Positions 15,244-29,229 of a stretch of DNA of 64,000 bases are shown here, piece by piece. Position 1 is the stretch's first letter. Every line of letters starts with the position of its first letter. The DNA comes from the human T2T-CHM13v2.0 reference genome, Homo sapiens, in NCBI RefSeq assembly GCF_009914755.1, contig NC_060930.1, one strand, 5' to 3'. The notes below the pieces were generated by a model, which saw only the letters and a program-made list of their open reading frames with translations, did no database searches and was not told the DNA's origin. The translations under genes and the position numbers were made by a program.

Positions 15244-15304
<61 letters not shown>
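15244..15304. repeat. Compound microsatellite (TC)~11(CA)19
   Basis: Read directly from the sequence. Confidence 0.97.
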
Positions 15305-15305
<1 letters not shown>

Positions 15306-15339
15306 CATTCTACTTTGTGAATATCTATGAACCTTTTTA

Positions 15340-15613
15340 TTAGCTTCAACTTAATTGCCAGAAGTCTTTGCTCCCTTCCTCTAGATTAAGTTAGATGTTT
15401 CTTCTTTATGTTCCTGTAAGATCCTACTTTTCCTCTGTCATAACACTCAAGCTTATTAAATATAATTGACCATTTAATCATGTCTTCCTGACTAGATGGT
15501 AACATCTACAAGAGAGAAAACCCTGTATGTGTTGCTCCAAAATCAATTGCTATCATCTAGCACAATGCTCTGCACCAAGTAAGAAACCAACCAATATTAG
15601 TTAAAAATGAATG
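15340..15613 (+). mobile_element. L2 3' end
   Basis: TGACTAGATGGTAACATCTACAAG...TCTAGCACAATGCTCTGCAC...AATATTAGTTAAAAATGAATG. Confidence 0.65.
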
Positions 15614-16589
15614 GAGGCAGAGTGTGGGGTAAAGGGAGTGGCTGGGTAAAAGACGGTGGGATTGGGTAACAAAGAGTCTTACATGCCATTTTATTGCATT
15701 TGAATGTCATTCTTTAGTTAATGGGGAAAAATGGAGGGTGTTTGAGGAAGGGTCTAATGTTACAGAGTGGGACTGCTAAGAAACAGAAGGGCCGCCCTGG
15801 CTCCCCTGTTGGTCCCCTCCTCAACCCTAAGCCAAAAAACTTTATTTGTAAATATTCATACCGAAAAGTTATAAATCATAATTGCACGTGTCAGAGAATT
15901 TTTGCCATTGGGTGAACACACCCATTTCACCTACCATGTAGATCAAGAAATAGAACGTTACTAGCCCTCAGAAATTCTCCTTCTACCCATCCTAGTCAGT
16001 ACCAGCCCCACCTTCCCCAAAGTAACCACTATCCTGAAATCTAATACCAGCAAGTACTTTTGCCCGATGTAAGTTTTATAATTTTATATCCTGCATTGAA
16101 GTCTTATGATCCATTCTGAGATAATTTTTGTATAGTATGTGAAGTTTAAGTAGTATTTTTTCCGTTTTTTTTTTTTTCATTCATTCATGTGGCTGGTTTT
16201 GGCCTATGGATATTCATTTGTTCTCACATCTTCTTCAAGAGCAAAATTCCTTCTTTGAATCTTTGTCAAAGTCTGTTGAGTATCATGTGTGGCTCTCTTC
16301 CTGGCTCCTCTATTTGGTTTTGTGGATCTATGTGTTTTTTCTCCAACAGTACAACATTGCCTTGATTACTGTTGCTACATAGACTTAATATTGGTGGAAC
16401 AACTTTTTCTGCTTTATTCTTTTTTGTCAAGATTGTTTTAACTATCCTTAGGGCCTGTGCCTTTTCAGATAGATTTTAGAATAAGCCTGTTTATGTCTAC
16501 CAAAGCCTTGTTGGGATTTTGACTACAATTGCCCTAAATCTATAGGTCAATTTGGAGAGAACTGACTGCTTGACTATGTTGAGTCTTCT

Positions 16590-16879
16590 TTTTTTTTGAG
16601 ACGGAGTCTTGCTCTGTTGCCCAGGCTGGAGTGGAGTGGTGAGATCTTGGCTCACTACTACTTCCACCTCCTGGGTTCAAGCAATTCTCCTGTCTCAGCC
16701 TTCCTAGTAGCTGGGATTACAGGTGCGTGCCACCACACCTGGCTAATTTTTGTAATTTTAGCAGAAACAAGGTTTCACCATGTTGGCTAGGCTGGTCTTG
16801 AACTCCTTACCTCAGATGATCCACCTGCCTTGGCCTCCCAAAGTCCTGGGATTACAGGTGTGAGCCACCGTGCCTGGCC
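16590..16879 (-). mobile_element. AluS
   Basis: Full dimer; perfect 15-bp TSD TATGTTGAGTCTTCT at 16575-16589 and 16880-16894. Confidence 0.95.
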
Positions 16880-17387
16880 TATGTTGAGTCTTCTAATCCA
16901 TGAACACAATAAGTGTCTCCTTTATTTAGGTCTTCTTTTATGTATTTCACGAGCATTTTGTAATTTTCAATATATAGGTCCTGTGCACGTTTTGTTAGAC
17001 ATATACCCATATGTTTTCCTTTGGTGCAATTTTATATAATGTTGCATTTTTATTTTGGTCTCTGCATGATTATTATTAGTATATGTGTAAATGCTATTGA
17101 GTTTTGTGTGGGGAACTTGTATCTTACAACCTTGCTGAACTCACTTAATTCTGAGGTTTCTGCATGTTTTTCTTAAGGTTTTCTATGTTGAGATTATCAT
17201 ATCATCTGATACAGATAGCTTTATTTCTTCTTTTCCACTCTGTATGCCTTTTCTTTCTTTATCTTGCCTATTACAGTGAAGAGAACTTCCAGTATTATGT
17301 TGAATAAAAAATGTGATCGTGATCATCCTTGCCTTTTCCTGATGTCAGGGCAAAGGCATTCAGCTTTTCACAATTAAGTGTGATGTT

Positions 17388-17679
17388 GGTGGGTGCAGTG
17401 GCTCACACCTGTAATCCCAGCATTTGGGAGTCCACGTTGGGAAGGTCACTTTTGTGCAGAAGTTCAAGAATAGCCTGGCCAACATGGCAAAACCCCATCT
17501 CTACTATAAATACAAAAAAATTAGCTGGGCCTGGTGGTGCACGACTGTAGTCCCAGCTACTCGGGAGGCTGAGGTAGGAGGATCACTTGAACCCAGGAGG
17601 TCGAGGTTGCAGTAGACCGAAATCACAGCTGTGCAGCCTGGGCGGCAGCATGAGACCCTGTCTCAAAAAGGAAAAAAAA
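17388..17679 (+). mobile_element. AluJ-like
   Basis: Diverged dimer with GGAGGATCACTTGA/GAGACCCTGTCTC; TSD AAGTGTGATGTT at 17376-17387 and 17680-17691. Confidence 0.9.
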
Positions 17680-18007
17680 AAGTGTGATGTTAACTGTGTA
17701 GGATTTTTTTCTGTATATGTTCTTTATCAAGTTGAGTAAATTATCCTCGATTCCTAACTTGTGGAAGGTTTTTGTCATGACTGGATGTTTGATTTTGTCA
17801 AATGATTTCTCCACTGTCACTTGATATAATAATAATATTTTTCTTCTTTAGCTTGTTGATAAAATAGATTACACTGGTATATTAGCAAGAATTTCTAGGA
17901 AATAATGATCATCAAAGTGAAAATACAAATTTTGTGAGTTGTTAGTTTTATTTAAAATGAGACACCCATTAATGATTAGAAAAATAAAAGAACATCAAAG
18001 AAGATGA

Positions 18008-18640
<633 letters not shown>

Positions 18641-20249
18641 GTCAGAAAGCGAATCAGTGTTAGAGAAGAATGTGAATATGGAGCACCAACCAGGCAATCA
18701 ATCTGGAAGTCCTATACTGGATAGGTTGTGCCAAATTTATTGAGGTTTAGGGGAATATGTTATAGTTTTGTTGACATATTGCAGTTTGGCCTAGGCCTTG
18801 CTACAGCAAGTATATCTGACATATTTTGAGGTAGCCACATGAATTGCATACCTCACTCACTGGTGTGAAGGGACCTCCTTCAATAAAGTCAGAGTTGGTC
18901 AAGACTGGCTCCAGAACATGGCAAGAGAAGGCAGAAATTGGCTTGTAGAAATAACAGTTAGTAGCACAGAGTGATTTAAATTTAAACCTTAATTCTATTT
19001 GTCTTAGATAATACTGGTCTGTGAGATATAAATATAACAATACTAGTAGTTAATTTTAAAATTATTTAAATAACCAGCTTTAAGGTTGTTGGTTTATGGA
19101 AAATAGAAGCTGAGCCAATGTTCTGAAGGCAGGAAAGAAAGCTGGATTTCAGGAATTTCTTCCTTTTCATCTTGATTCATGAAGTCAAGACTCGTAGATA
19201 GTTATTGTTCATATCAAGAAAAGAGAAAACACTGGAAGTGAGGTAAGAAAAGAACGAAAAAGTGCATTCAGAACAATTTTGCCCAAGACTATGCATTTCC
19301 ATCTTGAAATTCTATTAGGACTCCACAATTGTACAAATGTCACAGTTCTTTTTATTTTATAAAATAGAAAATGATTACAGTTTTGTGTAATGTATTGTAC
19401 AGGTTTAATAGGATTGCACTCTTGCCAAGTACTGTAGTAACAAATAAATGCAATAGAAAATTGCTGACACAATAGGAAACTGCTAGTTCAACATAAATGG
19501 TTTCTGTAAATAAATCTAGTGTAATTTCCCTATACATCTTGACTCCTGCTTTCAACTCTGCTCACAGGAGAGCAGTTGCACAGTGCTTGCAAAAGCCCAT
19601 ACTTTTGCCCGTTGTGTGCATTTGTGGCACAGCAGTTCAGACTGGTGGCTACAATTATGGCAAAACTCACCAAAGGAACCTGAGACATAGTGCTGACTCT
19701 GGATTTAGGTGTCTTCCCGAAAAGCCTATTGCCAAAAAGACACAGGTGCACCACACCTGAAAATGTGAAAATAGCCCCAGAAAGGGCCAATGGGTCGTGA
19801 GTCCACTTCCCATCCCAGTTGTGGTATGACTGAGCAGTTTTCAAGTTAGCAGCCCTTTTCTGTATTAGCCATACTCACGTGTTCAAACAGCTAAGTGTTA
19901 GATTACTCTGGAAGTTATAAAGCATAAAAAAGCAAGGAAGGGTGGTATTTAACAAAAGTGATGAAAAATAAATAACAATATTTTAAAGATATTTTTCCAG
20001 TCTTACCATGCAATTATTGATACCAACTGGACTAAGGAAACATTATTTGGACAACAGAAAATATAAAATATGCATTCATTTTTATTGAAATGTACATATT
20101 TTGGGCAGCTATACTGCACATCTTGGCAGCTTTGCAAAAATCTCTCTCAGGAAGTGAAGTTGAGAAGAAATTCAAGAGTTGAGAAGAAATTCTGTCAGGC
20201 AAAAAGCACCATGACATGGAAATCAAGCAGAAAACTAAAAATAATACCA

Positions 20250-21050
20250 AAGATTCATTCATCGAATCTTAGTCATTAAGCACATTTACTGAGTGGTCAT
20301 TATGTGTTTGCTGTTGTACTGGTTGCTGGCATACAAAAGTGAATGCATCTAGTTCCTAATTTGATTAAAGAGCGGGGCTTAACAGAAGCGGTGGGAAGTC
20401 ATTAATAAATAATTACAGTGCAATGGATTCAGTGTGGTCACACAAGTACATGAAATAGATGGTGGGAACATGTGAGCTGGGCTACTTAAATCTGCTGGAA
20501 AGTGAAGATGGGGCAAGGAGGATACTCCTGGAAGAGAAAATCACATAACAGAAGACAAAAGGCAAGAGAGAGTGTACTGAAGGAACCAAAAGACCTGGGA
20601 TGCCAGATTGTTATTTTATCTTGAAGGCATAGAAAGAATGTGCTGCTACAGAAGAGAGAACTGGCTGGAGAAGATGAAAAAGGAGGCAGGGGATGGTCTG
20701 GAGCCTGTCATAGTAATCCAGGCAGACCGTGTTGAGGGGTTGAAAAAAGAAAATGGCAGTGAGCATGAAGAGATGAAACCAAGAGGAAGACAAAATACAC
20801 AGACTTTCTTATCCTCATGAAGGAGGTAAGGAAGAGGCGTAACTCTATGCCCATCCCCATCAGGTTCTGGCTTTAGTGATTGGCTGAATGTGGGTGATGT
20901 TCACTGAGACAGAGGCTATTGGGCAAGTGACATGAGGGCAGAAATTGATGAGGTCCATTGTGGATGAGGTGCCTTCAAGGGTCACTGAAGTGGAGATTTC
21001 TGGAAGGCTCAGGTCACACTTGAAATTCCGTGAATAATACTTGGAGGGAA
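20250..21050 (-). mobile_element. L2 (antisense)
   Basis: ATTCATTCAT...CATTTACTGAGTG tail; purine-rich antisense body including TAGTAATCCAGGCAG. Confidence 0.65.
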
Positions 21051-21649
21051 AGGTGGCTTCAGAAGACTTTCTGGAGCATCACCAGAGGTTGAAATGCTTT
21101 TTTAAGGTTGTCTACTTCCACTGGGTAAGCCCTGTTCTAATCCCGTATTTCCATCCTCCCCATAGCCTGTCCTCTGGAACTTTCTAGGTCATCAGAGAAA
21201 TAGATTTTTTTAAAAAAGCTTTTCCCTGAAGGAGCTCCTTCTTCAAAGAAATTACTTAAAAGTTCAAGAAGTGAGAAAGTATACATGAAGCCACAGTGGT
21301 AGAAACAAGGAAGAGATGCATGAGCCCAGAGATGTTTGACTTTGACCTTTTGGACCACCTCAGTTGTGTGACACATATGTCATCTAGGGTTCTTCATAAC
21401 ACCATGTGAAAACCATTATCCTGTCTACTAAATTTGCCACAAATCAAACTGGTCAAGTAATGACTATTGTTAATACTTAGGATCTATAGAGAGGTATTCT
21501 CCAAGACTTTAGAAACAGAGGAAATGAGAAATGTAAAATTCTTTTCGGAGAAGTAGGTAATTTCAAAATCACCAGCCTAACAACTCCTGGTAAATGGGTA
21601 GGTGAAACTGTTTCCTTTTAGGTAGATCTGGCCTTTGATATTAGCCCTA

Positions 21650-21992
<343 letters not shown>

Positions 21993-22455
21993 GGGTAACA
22001 GAGGAAAAACAGAGAGCAGACATATAACCACATTAGTGGGTATTCCTTACTGTGCTAATTGACTCCCAGTGTTCCTGTCCCATTATTGAGTATTCAAGGC
22101 CCTAGAAATAGACAATCACTTATATTACTGAGGAGTAGCTGAGGAGTTTTTTGAACTTCTTATCCATGCTTTGTCTTTAAATCCATCAAATAAATTTTCT
22201 GACTTTGATTTGCCTTTCCAGGAGCAAGGTCACGGGGCTGTGATTGCTTATGTATATCTTCCCTTTGTCTGCATAAATTTTAGATGCATATTAGTTGGTT
22301 AGAATATTTCACTTAATGTCTACTTTTTTGATTTTACAAAAAAAAACCAGAATGCATTGCTGAAAAATGACATCTTATTGAGATTTTATTTTCAAGTTTC
22401 TGTAATGTTAAGATTTTGTCACTGAGTTATATCTAGATGTGGGTGTTGATATCTC

Positions 22456-22715
22456 TGTTCATTTGTTCATTTATTCAACAAACACTTATTGAATACTGCT
22501 ATGCCAATTGTAGGGATTATTGATATTAAGATATAGCTTTTGTGTTCAAGGAGTTCTCAGCCTGTGATCAAGACAAATATGTAAACAATTCATGCAAAAA
22601 CATATAAATTTGTTTCCTGAGAGACTATGTAAACACCACGGGGAAACCTGATGTGTTTGAGAGATTTCAATGAAATCTTCAAAGAGTAGCACACATTTGC
22701 TATCAGACTCCAAGG
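22456..22715 (-). mobile_element. L2 3' fragment
   Basis: TTCATTTATTCAACAAACACTTATTGAATAC...TTCAAGGAGTTCTCAG. Confidence 0.6.
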
Positions 22716-22730
22716 CTAGGGGATCTGTGC

Positions 22731-23106
22731 TGCATTAGTCTGTTTTCACACTGCTATAAAGATACTACCTGAGACTGGGTAATTTATGAAGAAAAGAGGT
22801 TTAACTGACTCACAGTTCTGCCTGGCCAGGGGAGACCTCAGGAAACTTACAATCATGGGTAAGGTGCGAAGGGGAAGCAAGGCATGTCTTACCTGGAGGC
22901 AGGAGAGAGAGCAAAGGAGGAAGTGCCCCTTTTAAAACCATCTGATCTCATGAGAACTCACTCACTATCACAAGAACAGCATGGGGGAAACCACCCTCCC
23001 AATCCAATTGCCTCCCACAAGGTCCCTACCTTAATACATGGGGATTGTAATCCAGATTATAATTCAAGATGAGATTTGTATGGGGACACAGAGCCAAACC
23101 ATATCA
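22731..23106 (-). mobile_element. THE1D/MSTA solo LTR
   Basis: TGCATTAGTCTGTTTTCACACTGCTATAAAG...GAGCCAAACCATATCA. Confidence 0.9.
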
Positions 23107-23676
23107 TATGGGAAGAATAAAAGAGGGTATTCAAGAAAGAGAAAACATTTGTGCACATAATATACTGCTGCAAGTGAAAATAATTCTGCAGACTCTGAGC
23201 GCTTGTGGAGTTATGGTAGCCTGTCTATGGCAGTGCAAGATTGGTGCCTATCCACTCCAAGGGCTCCAGACACATAAGATAGCCCTCCACAGAGTTGTGC
23301 AGGGCTCACCTGCACCTCTGTACATGAGAGTCTTATTCTGAGAAGAGGATTTCAGAAAAAAATTTAGGAGCCTGACTTAATATCTACAACACTATTACCT
23401 TCCCACACTCCTCTGAACTCTCTGACTGCACTTACTAATCTTTAGGTAGACTCCACTTCCTTCTCTATTACTGTATTGTTGATAGTCTTCAGTGTCTTCT
23501 CCTTGGTTCACTGCTGTTTTACTCTCTTCCTTCTCCTAGGATAATCCCTTCTACTTCTTGGTTGTAACTATTACCAGCAGACATGCCAGCCCTATGGCCA
23601 ATACTCTTAATATACCAGAGTTGTGTATTCATGATGCTAACCAAGTGAACATAACTAATTAGTTACAAATAATCCC

Positions 23677-23870
23677 TAACATTTAATAAATATGACAAAG
23701 TATCATGTACTGTGCAACAATATCATATATAGACTATTTAATTCTCCTGACAATCTTATTAGAATATTATTCATTCTATTATAGAGTTGAGAAAAATTTA
23801 ACTAAGAAATTACGTAAATTGTCCTAGGTCACACAGCTAGAAAGTGACTAGGTCAGGATGCAAATCTACA
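23677..23870 (-). mobile_element. MIR
   Basis: TTGTCCTAGGTCACACAGCTAGAAAGTGAC antisense core. Confidence 0.65.
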
Positions 23871-23887
23871 ACAGGTGGACATCAAAT

Positions 23888-24138
23888 GTGGGTTGTTATA
23901 AAAGTGAGTTTGGCTTCCCAGACTCTTTTGCTCCCTCTCTCACTATGTGATGGCTTTGCACACACCTGTACCTCCTTATACTTTTCACTATGAGTTACAG
24001 CAGCATGACAACCTCACCGGATGGACTGCCCAGTCTTAGACTTCCCAGCCTCCAAAAAAGAGCCAAATAAATTTCTGGTCTTTATAAATTACCCAGTCTC
24101 AGGTACTCTGTTGTAGCAACACAAAACGGACTAAGACA
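23888..24138 (+). mobile_element. MST (C/D-like) LTR, 3' part
   Basis: GACTTCCCAGCCTCCA...AAATAAATTTCT...ATAAATTACCCAGTCTCAGGTA...GGACTAAGACA. Confidence 0.85.
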
Positions 24139-25058
24139 TCTAGCATCCTCCAAAACTCACATCTCACTATTTTTTTGTCTATTTGTTGCATGTGTATGGG
24201 TGTGTTCTTGTGCATCTGTGTGATTATAAATTCATATATTTAACATATGATTTGTCTCTACTTACTGCTGTTATCATTCCTATTGGTAGTTAATTTGTCC
24301 AAATTTTGTCCAAAATTTCTTACACAATAGGCTCCCACATCCTTTTCATAATCTCTGATAACTTCCTTTTATCTAGTAAAATAATGTGTCCCAAGCTCCT
24401 CAACTTGTACATTTCTTGCCTCAGACTTGCAATCAGTCATTTCTCCAAGAAGCCCATGTGAAATGAGCACTGGGGATGTGAAGTTTACTGCTTCTCTTCT
24501 GGCCCGAAAGTTCTTTTCAGTGAACACCTTATAATTGCGACTTCAAATTTGAATTTGAAAGTGTGTGTTTGCAAATATACCCACATATTTCCACTTAGAA
24601 CTCCGAATTATAACTATAAGAGTTACTTATGAGAGAACACAATTATGTTTTCATGCAGATCCCTCCACTTAGAATTGAGAACCATAGCATGTTTATCTAA
24701 CCTCTTCTATCTTATAACTGTAGCTCTTTATTTCCTCACCATATTGATTCTTAATATGGTAGAGATGATAGAATCATGTTACTACATAAAACACTATCAA
24801 AATAAGATACCAGCACTACAACCAACAATGATTACTGAAAACAGTTAAACATTTTTGCGATTCTTTCTGTATAATTTGTAGTTTTATTATCTGTATAATA
24901 TAGCTCTTAGTTACTATAATCAATCTCTCATAAATCTCACTTACTTTCAATTTTGTAGGTAAATGTATATTTAATGTTTACAAACTTTTTTTATGTTGAT
25001 GTCTCTATAGTCATATTGGTTGTCTGAAGCTTGTTTTCTAATTTATTTCTAAGGAATC

Positions 25059-25962
25059 TGTTCATTTTTTCCTCTACTTTGGTCTTGAGCTCTCCCCTTA
25101 AAGTGACTGTAAACTCTGGCCCTGCCCTCATGGGACTCCAGGGATTTGATCATCGGTGTTTACAGTGTGTCTTGTGTCTTTCTTGGGGTATTTCTTTATC
25201 TTCCTGGATGACTCAATGCCTAAGTGTCCTATGTGTGACCAGGTGTCCCTCTCACAAGAAAATTGATGACACTGGCAGATGTCTTTGTGCTCTTGTCTGA
25301 CCTGTGTCCAGTTTATTTCTACCAAGATAGCCACTCAGTAGGAGAGCCCTGAGCAGGAGGAGAGTTAGGCACAAGTGTGTCAGTCAGACGAGAAACAGGA
25401 GAGGGAGCATGGCAAAACACACGAAGTAATAGAAGCAATTCTACTACTTACAGGTCACAGAGCCAAGAGGTGTCACACCTCGTAGGGCCAACAACAGGAA
25501 GGGGAAGCTGCCATGTGAGACATGCACACTCAGCCAGTGGGAGGAAAGGGAAAGAGAAAGAGAGAGCGAGGGATCTGTGGGCCAAAGGCTGTATTAGGAT
25601 CTAAGGCATTCCCCAAGCAGGTTTCCCATGGGGAGTTCTAATTGGTGGGTTCATCGCAAGCATGCATGTGGAGTTGCACAGTGACTCAGAGGTGGTCTGT
25701 GTGGTACATCTGCATAGTCCATGTAGGGGGTGGAGGTCAGCAGGCAGGTGAAGTGGGTTGTATCTAGCTCTCCCATAGACAGGTGGTCACCAGGAGGTGG
25801 TTGTATAAGGCAGTTATCTGGATTAACCACATTGAAGAACTGGGAGGAGGCAGAGAATTGGAAACTGTCAAGGGTGACTGAGGCCCGCATCTGGTAAGAC
25901 AAAGTCTAACTTCTATTTAAAATGAATATCAGAGGAACACGAAATTATAAGAATTTACTACA
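25059..25962 (-). mobile_element. MER54-like ERVL LTR
   Basis: Reverse complement begins TGTAGTAAATTCTTATAATTTCGTGTT...CAGTCACCCTTGACAGTTTCCA...GCCTTATACAACCACCTCCTGGTGACCACC. Confidence 0.75.
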
Positions 25963-27840
25963 GAAAGGCTATAGGAACAATTTGTTTGAGTTCTTTCATG
26001 TGACATCAATTTATCTATGGTCTTTATGTGGAGAAGTCAATTTGCCTGGATATCAAATCCTTCATTCATATTTTCTTTTTTTGGCTAACTTGTAATTAAT
26101 ATTCTATTTTCTTCTGGCATAAACTGATGCTGAAAGTCTGATGACAATCTGGTCTTCTTTGTTTTATAAATTACTAAAACACCAAGAGGTGTTTTGATTT
26201 TATTTTTCTTTGATGACCAGTGGTTTTTACCGGTACGATACTTTTACTGAATGTGTCAGTTTTGTTAATTCTGGGTTTATTTTTCCAGGTATGCTGTATG
26301 CCTCTTTAATCTGTAGTTTGGAATCTTTTTCCTTTCTGAAAAGTTTCCAGAATTGTGATCTTATAGTTGTTCTGCTTCCTAGCTTCGGTTTTCTTTTTCT
26401 AGGGACTTTCATTATATGTATGTTGAATTCTTGATTGACTGGTCTTTATATGTGTCATTTTTTCTCCAATCTTTTTAATCATTCTCATTCTTTTTGCTTT
26501 AAAATCTTTTTTCTCTTTTCTTTTATATAATTTTAAGTCATTATCTCTTGAATTTGTTTACCATTACATGTGTTCTTGTTTATGTTCATTTCTGAAAAAA
26601 CATTTTCGTTTAATTCTTTTTGGAATTTTAGCACCTCATTTCTGAGTTTTTTTCTAGTTCTAATTTGTGCTACTGCTTAATAACTTGAATCATTTTCTTA
26701 ATACTTTTTAGTTTTTAGTTTGGGTTTTTTGTTGTTTTTGTTTCTTGTTAGAAATATTTGAAGATAGCTTTTCTCTTTTTGTGGGCATGCCTTTCTAGAA
26801 GACTGTTGCCTGCAGAAGTGCTATCCTGATATTTAATCTCTTTTTTTTTTAAAGATGACATTGCATGGGATTGATATTAATTGTTTTATATTGCTAATTT
26901 TTACAAAAATTTATTTTCCTTCATTTTTAGGAGGTAAATTTGATTTAGAATAGCTTTACTAACTTCTTGGGTTGTTTTGGTTTTGTTTGTTTGTTTGTTT
27001 TTGAGATGGAGTCTCACTCTGTCACCCAGGCTGGAGTGCAGTTGCATAATCTTGGCTCACTATAACCTCTGCCTCCTGGGTTGAAGTGATTCTCCTGCCT
27101 CAGCCTCCCAAGTAGCTGGGACTACAGGCGAGTGCCACCACGCCCGGCTAATTTTTTTGTATTTTTAGTAGAGATGGGGTTTCACGATGTTGGCCAGGCT
27201 GGTCTCAAACTTCTGACTTCAGGTGATCCATCCATCTCAGCCTCCCAAAGTGCCAGGATTACAGGCATGAGCCACCGTGCCCAGCCAAGAATAGCTTTAC
27301 TAACTTCTAAGGAACTTCCAGGATAGCTCTTGAACTCTCTTCTGTGGTCCTTGTGAAATGTTTAAAGATATGATACTTTGCTTTCTGAAATCTCCTTAGT
27401 CCCTTTTCCTTCTCTACTCATTCACACATATGCACTGCATCGTTTTACTGGAATATTATTTTTCCTTTATTCCTATTGTCCTTGTCTTGCTACATTTCAA
27501 TTTTATTTCCAGCAATTTCTTCTCAATGTGGGATTCTTTTCCAGGGAGGGAGGTTTGGCTGGTTCGCTGTGAGAAGTTGCCAGGGCCTTGTTGGCCCAGT
27601 CTGCTCAAGACATTTCAGATCCTTTGAATTCACCCACCACTGGAGCGTGTACTCCTCCCCACGCCAGCAGCTGTTCTCAGACTGGGTCACAGACAGTTTT
27701 CATAAGCATCTATTGGTTATTTTTGAATTCTTAGGTTGTAAAGATATTGTATTTTCTCCCTCAGCATCTCCTGCACAGATACTGAAAACATAGATTTTAC
27801 AGCTCTTTATAGTTTCATTGGCACCCATTTGTATTTTGGA
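25963..27840 (-). mobile_element. Decayed antisense L1M (ORF1/5' region), interrupted by an Alu
   Basis: T-rich antisense L1-like sequence, e.g. TGCTGAAAGTCTGATGACAATCTG; boundaries approximate. Confidence 0.5.
26968..27286 (-). mobile_element. AluS with (GTTT)n tail
   Basis: Full dimer; 21-bp TSD AGAATAGCTTTACTAACTTCT at 26947-26967 and 27288-27308. Confidence 0.95.
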
Positions 27841-29229
27841 GTTTGTGGGAAATATAAATCACAAAATTAAAAGTGGCTGAGATAGCAATTGATGGAACTC
27901 AGTTGTATCAGAAAACCATTAATAGTGCCTCCCCATAAGACCACATTGGACCTAAAGCCTCCTCCAAATTCGTGAGGTCAATTTTAAATTACATATTTTA
28001 TTTTGATTTTAAAATCAAAAATTTATTTTCAGATCACATTGGGACCAAATTTACAATAGATTCCTCAGCAATTATTTTTAAATTATTATACATCCTGCAT
28101 TTCGTAGTTTCACCAAATGAGAGAAAGTTGATTCTTTTTTCAGGATTTTCTCCCTAAAACTCTACAAAAGTCACGACCATTCACTGCTGTGTATGTCAAT
28201 GTATGTTTCGACTGCATTTACTGAATCATTAATTATTAAACTCTCAACATAAATAATTGCTTTTTATATGATAACTTTAGGTCAGATTCCCCACCCCCTT
28301 TTTTTTTCAAGAATGGCACTGTTTCCCTAATTTATAGCTTGCTAATTCTGGGGTAGGAAGGTTGCAATGTAATTTATACCAGCCATATCCCATCTTAAAA
28401 ATGCGTTATTTTGGTCTTATTTCAAAAAGTTTAGGAGTACCGGAAATTTCTGATAAAACTCAACTATACCATACTCTTGTTTATGAACACCTGAGAAGGA
28501 TTATTAAATTGGATTTGAATTTGAGTCCCTTTCAACTATGCATGTATATGAGTATTTGCATTATTATATTGAAACCATGGGATACACGAATCTTGCTATT
28601 ACAGGCATCTAATGAGGGTGAAGGGATGACAACTATGCAGAAATCATACCCCACTCACTCCTCTCTGCTGTGTCCACAGCACTTTAGTGCTATTTAATGT
28701 TTTCCCACTGAATCTGGATATAACCTCAGACTCTTTCTTAACACCATGCTCCAGGCAGGTAGCACAAATCAGTTAGCCCAGGAATTCCAATCTATTTTGA
28801 GACAGAAAAGAATATCATCTCAGAGGCATATTCTTAAGCTGGCTGTAGCTGGTGGGTGAGGCGTGCCCTGTGGAAGCCTTTTTCAGCAGCAGGCCTTGGT
28901 GCCCTGGCACCTGCAGGCTTGTTAAGCAGCCGGGCCTGATATCTTCACCCATTACTCTGAGAAAGCACTTGAATGACAGGCACCGAGCCAGTGTTTACCC
29001 TGTGGGGCTCGTGACACACACAGTGTCTGTCAACACTTCCTATCACTCTCCTGCTTATGCAGACTTTTTTTTTTTTGCCTGATGTATTCATCACCAGACT
29101 GCAGACACCTAGTTAATCCATTTAGAACCTATCACCTCTGTTCATCGGCTCATAAACCTATTACATTGGAGGCGCAGTTCTGAGGGACACAGGTGCCAGA
29201 CCAGTGCACAAAACCCAATTGAGTTATGT

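Larger units (their letters stand above)
15837..17880 (-). mobile_element. Antisense L1M fragments (3' end and ORF2), interrupted by two Alus
   Basis: T-rich antisense ORF2 blocks, e.g. TATAGGTCAATTTGGAGAGAACTGAC, GAACTTCCAGTATTATGTTGAATA, ATGTTCTTTATCAAGTTGAG. Confidence 0.8.
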
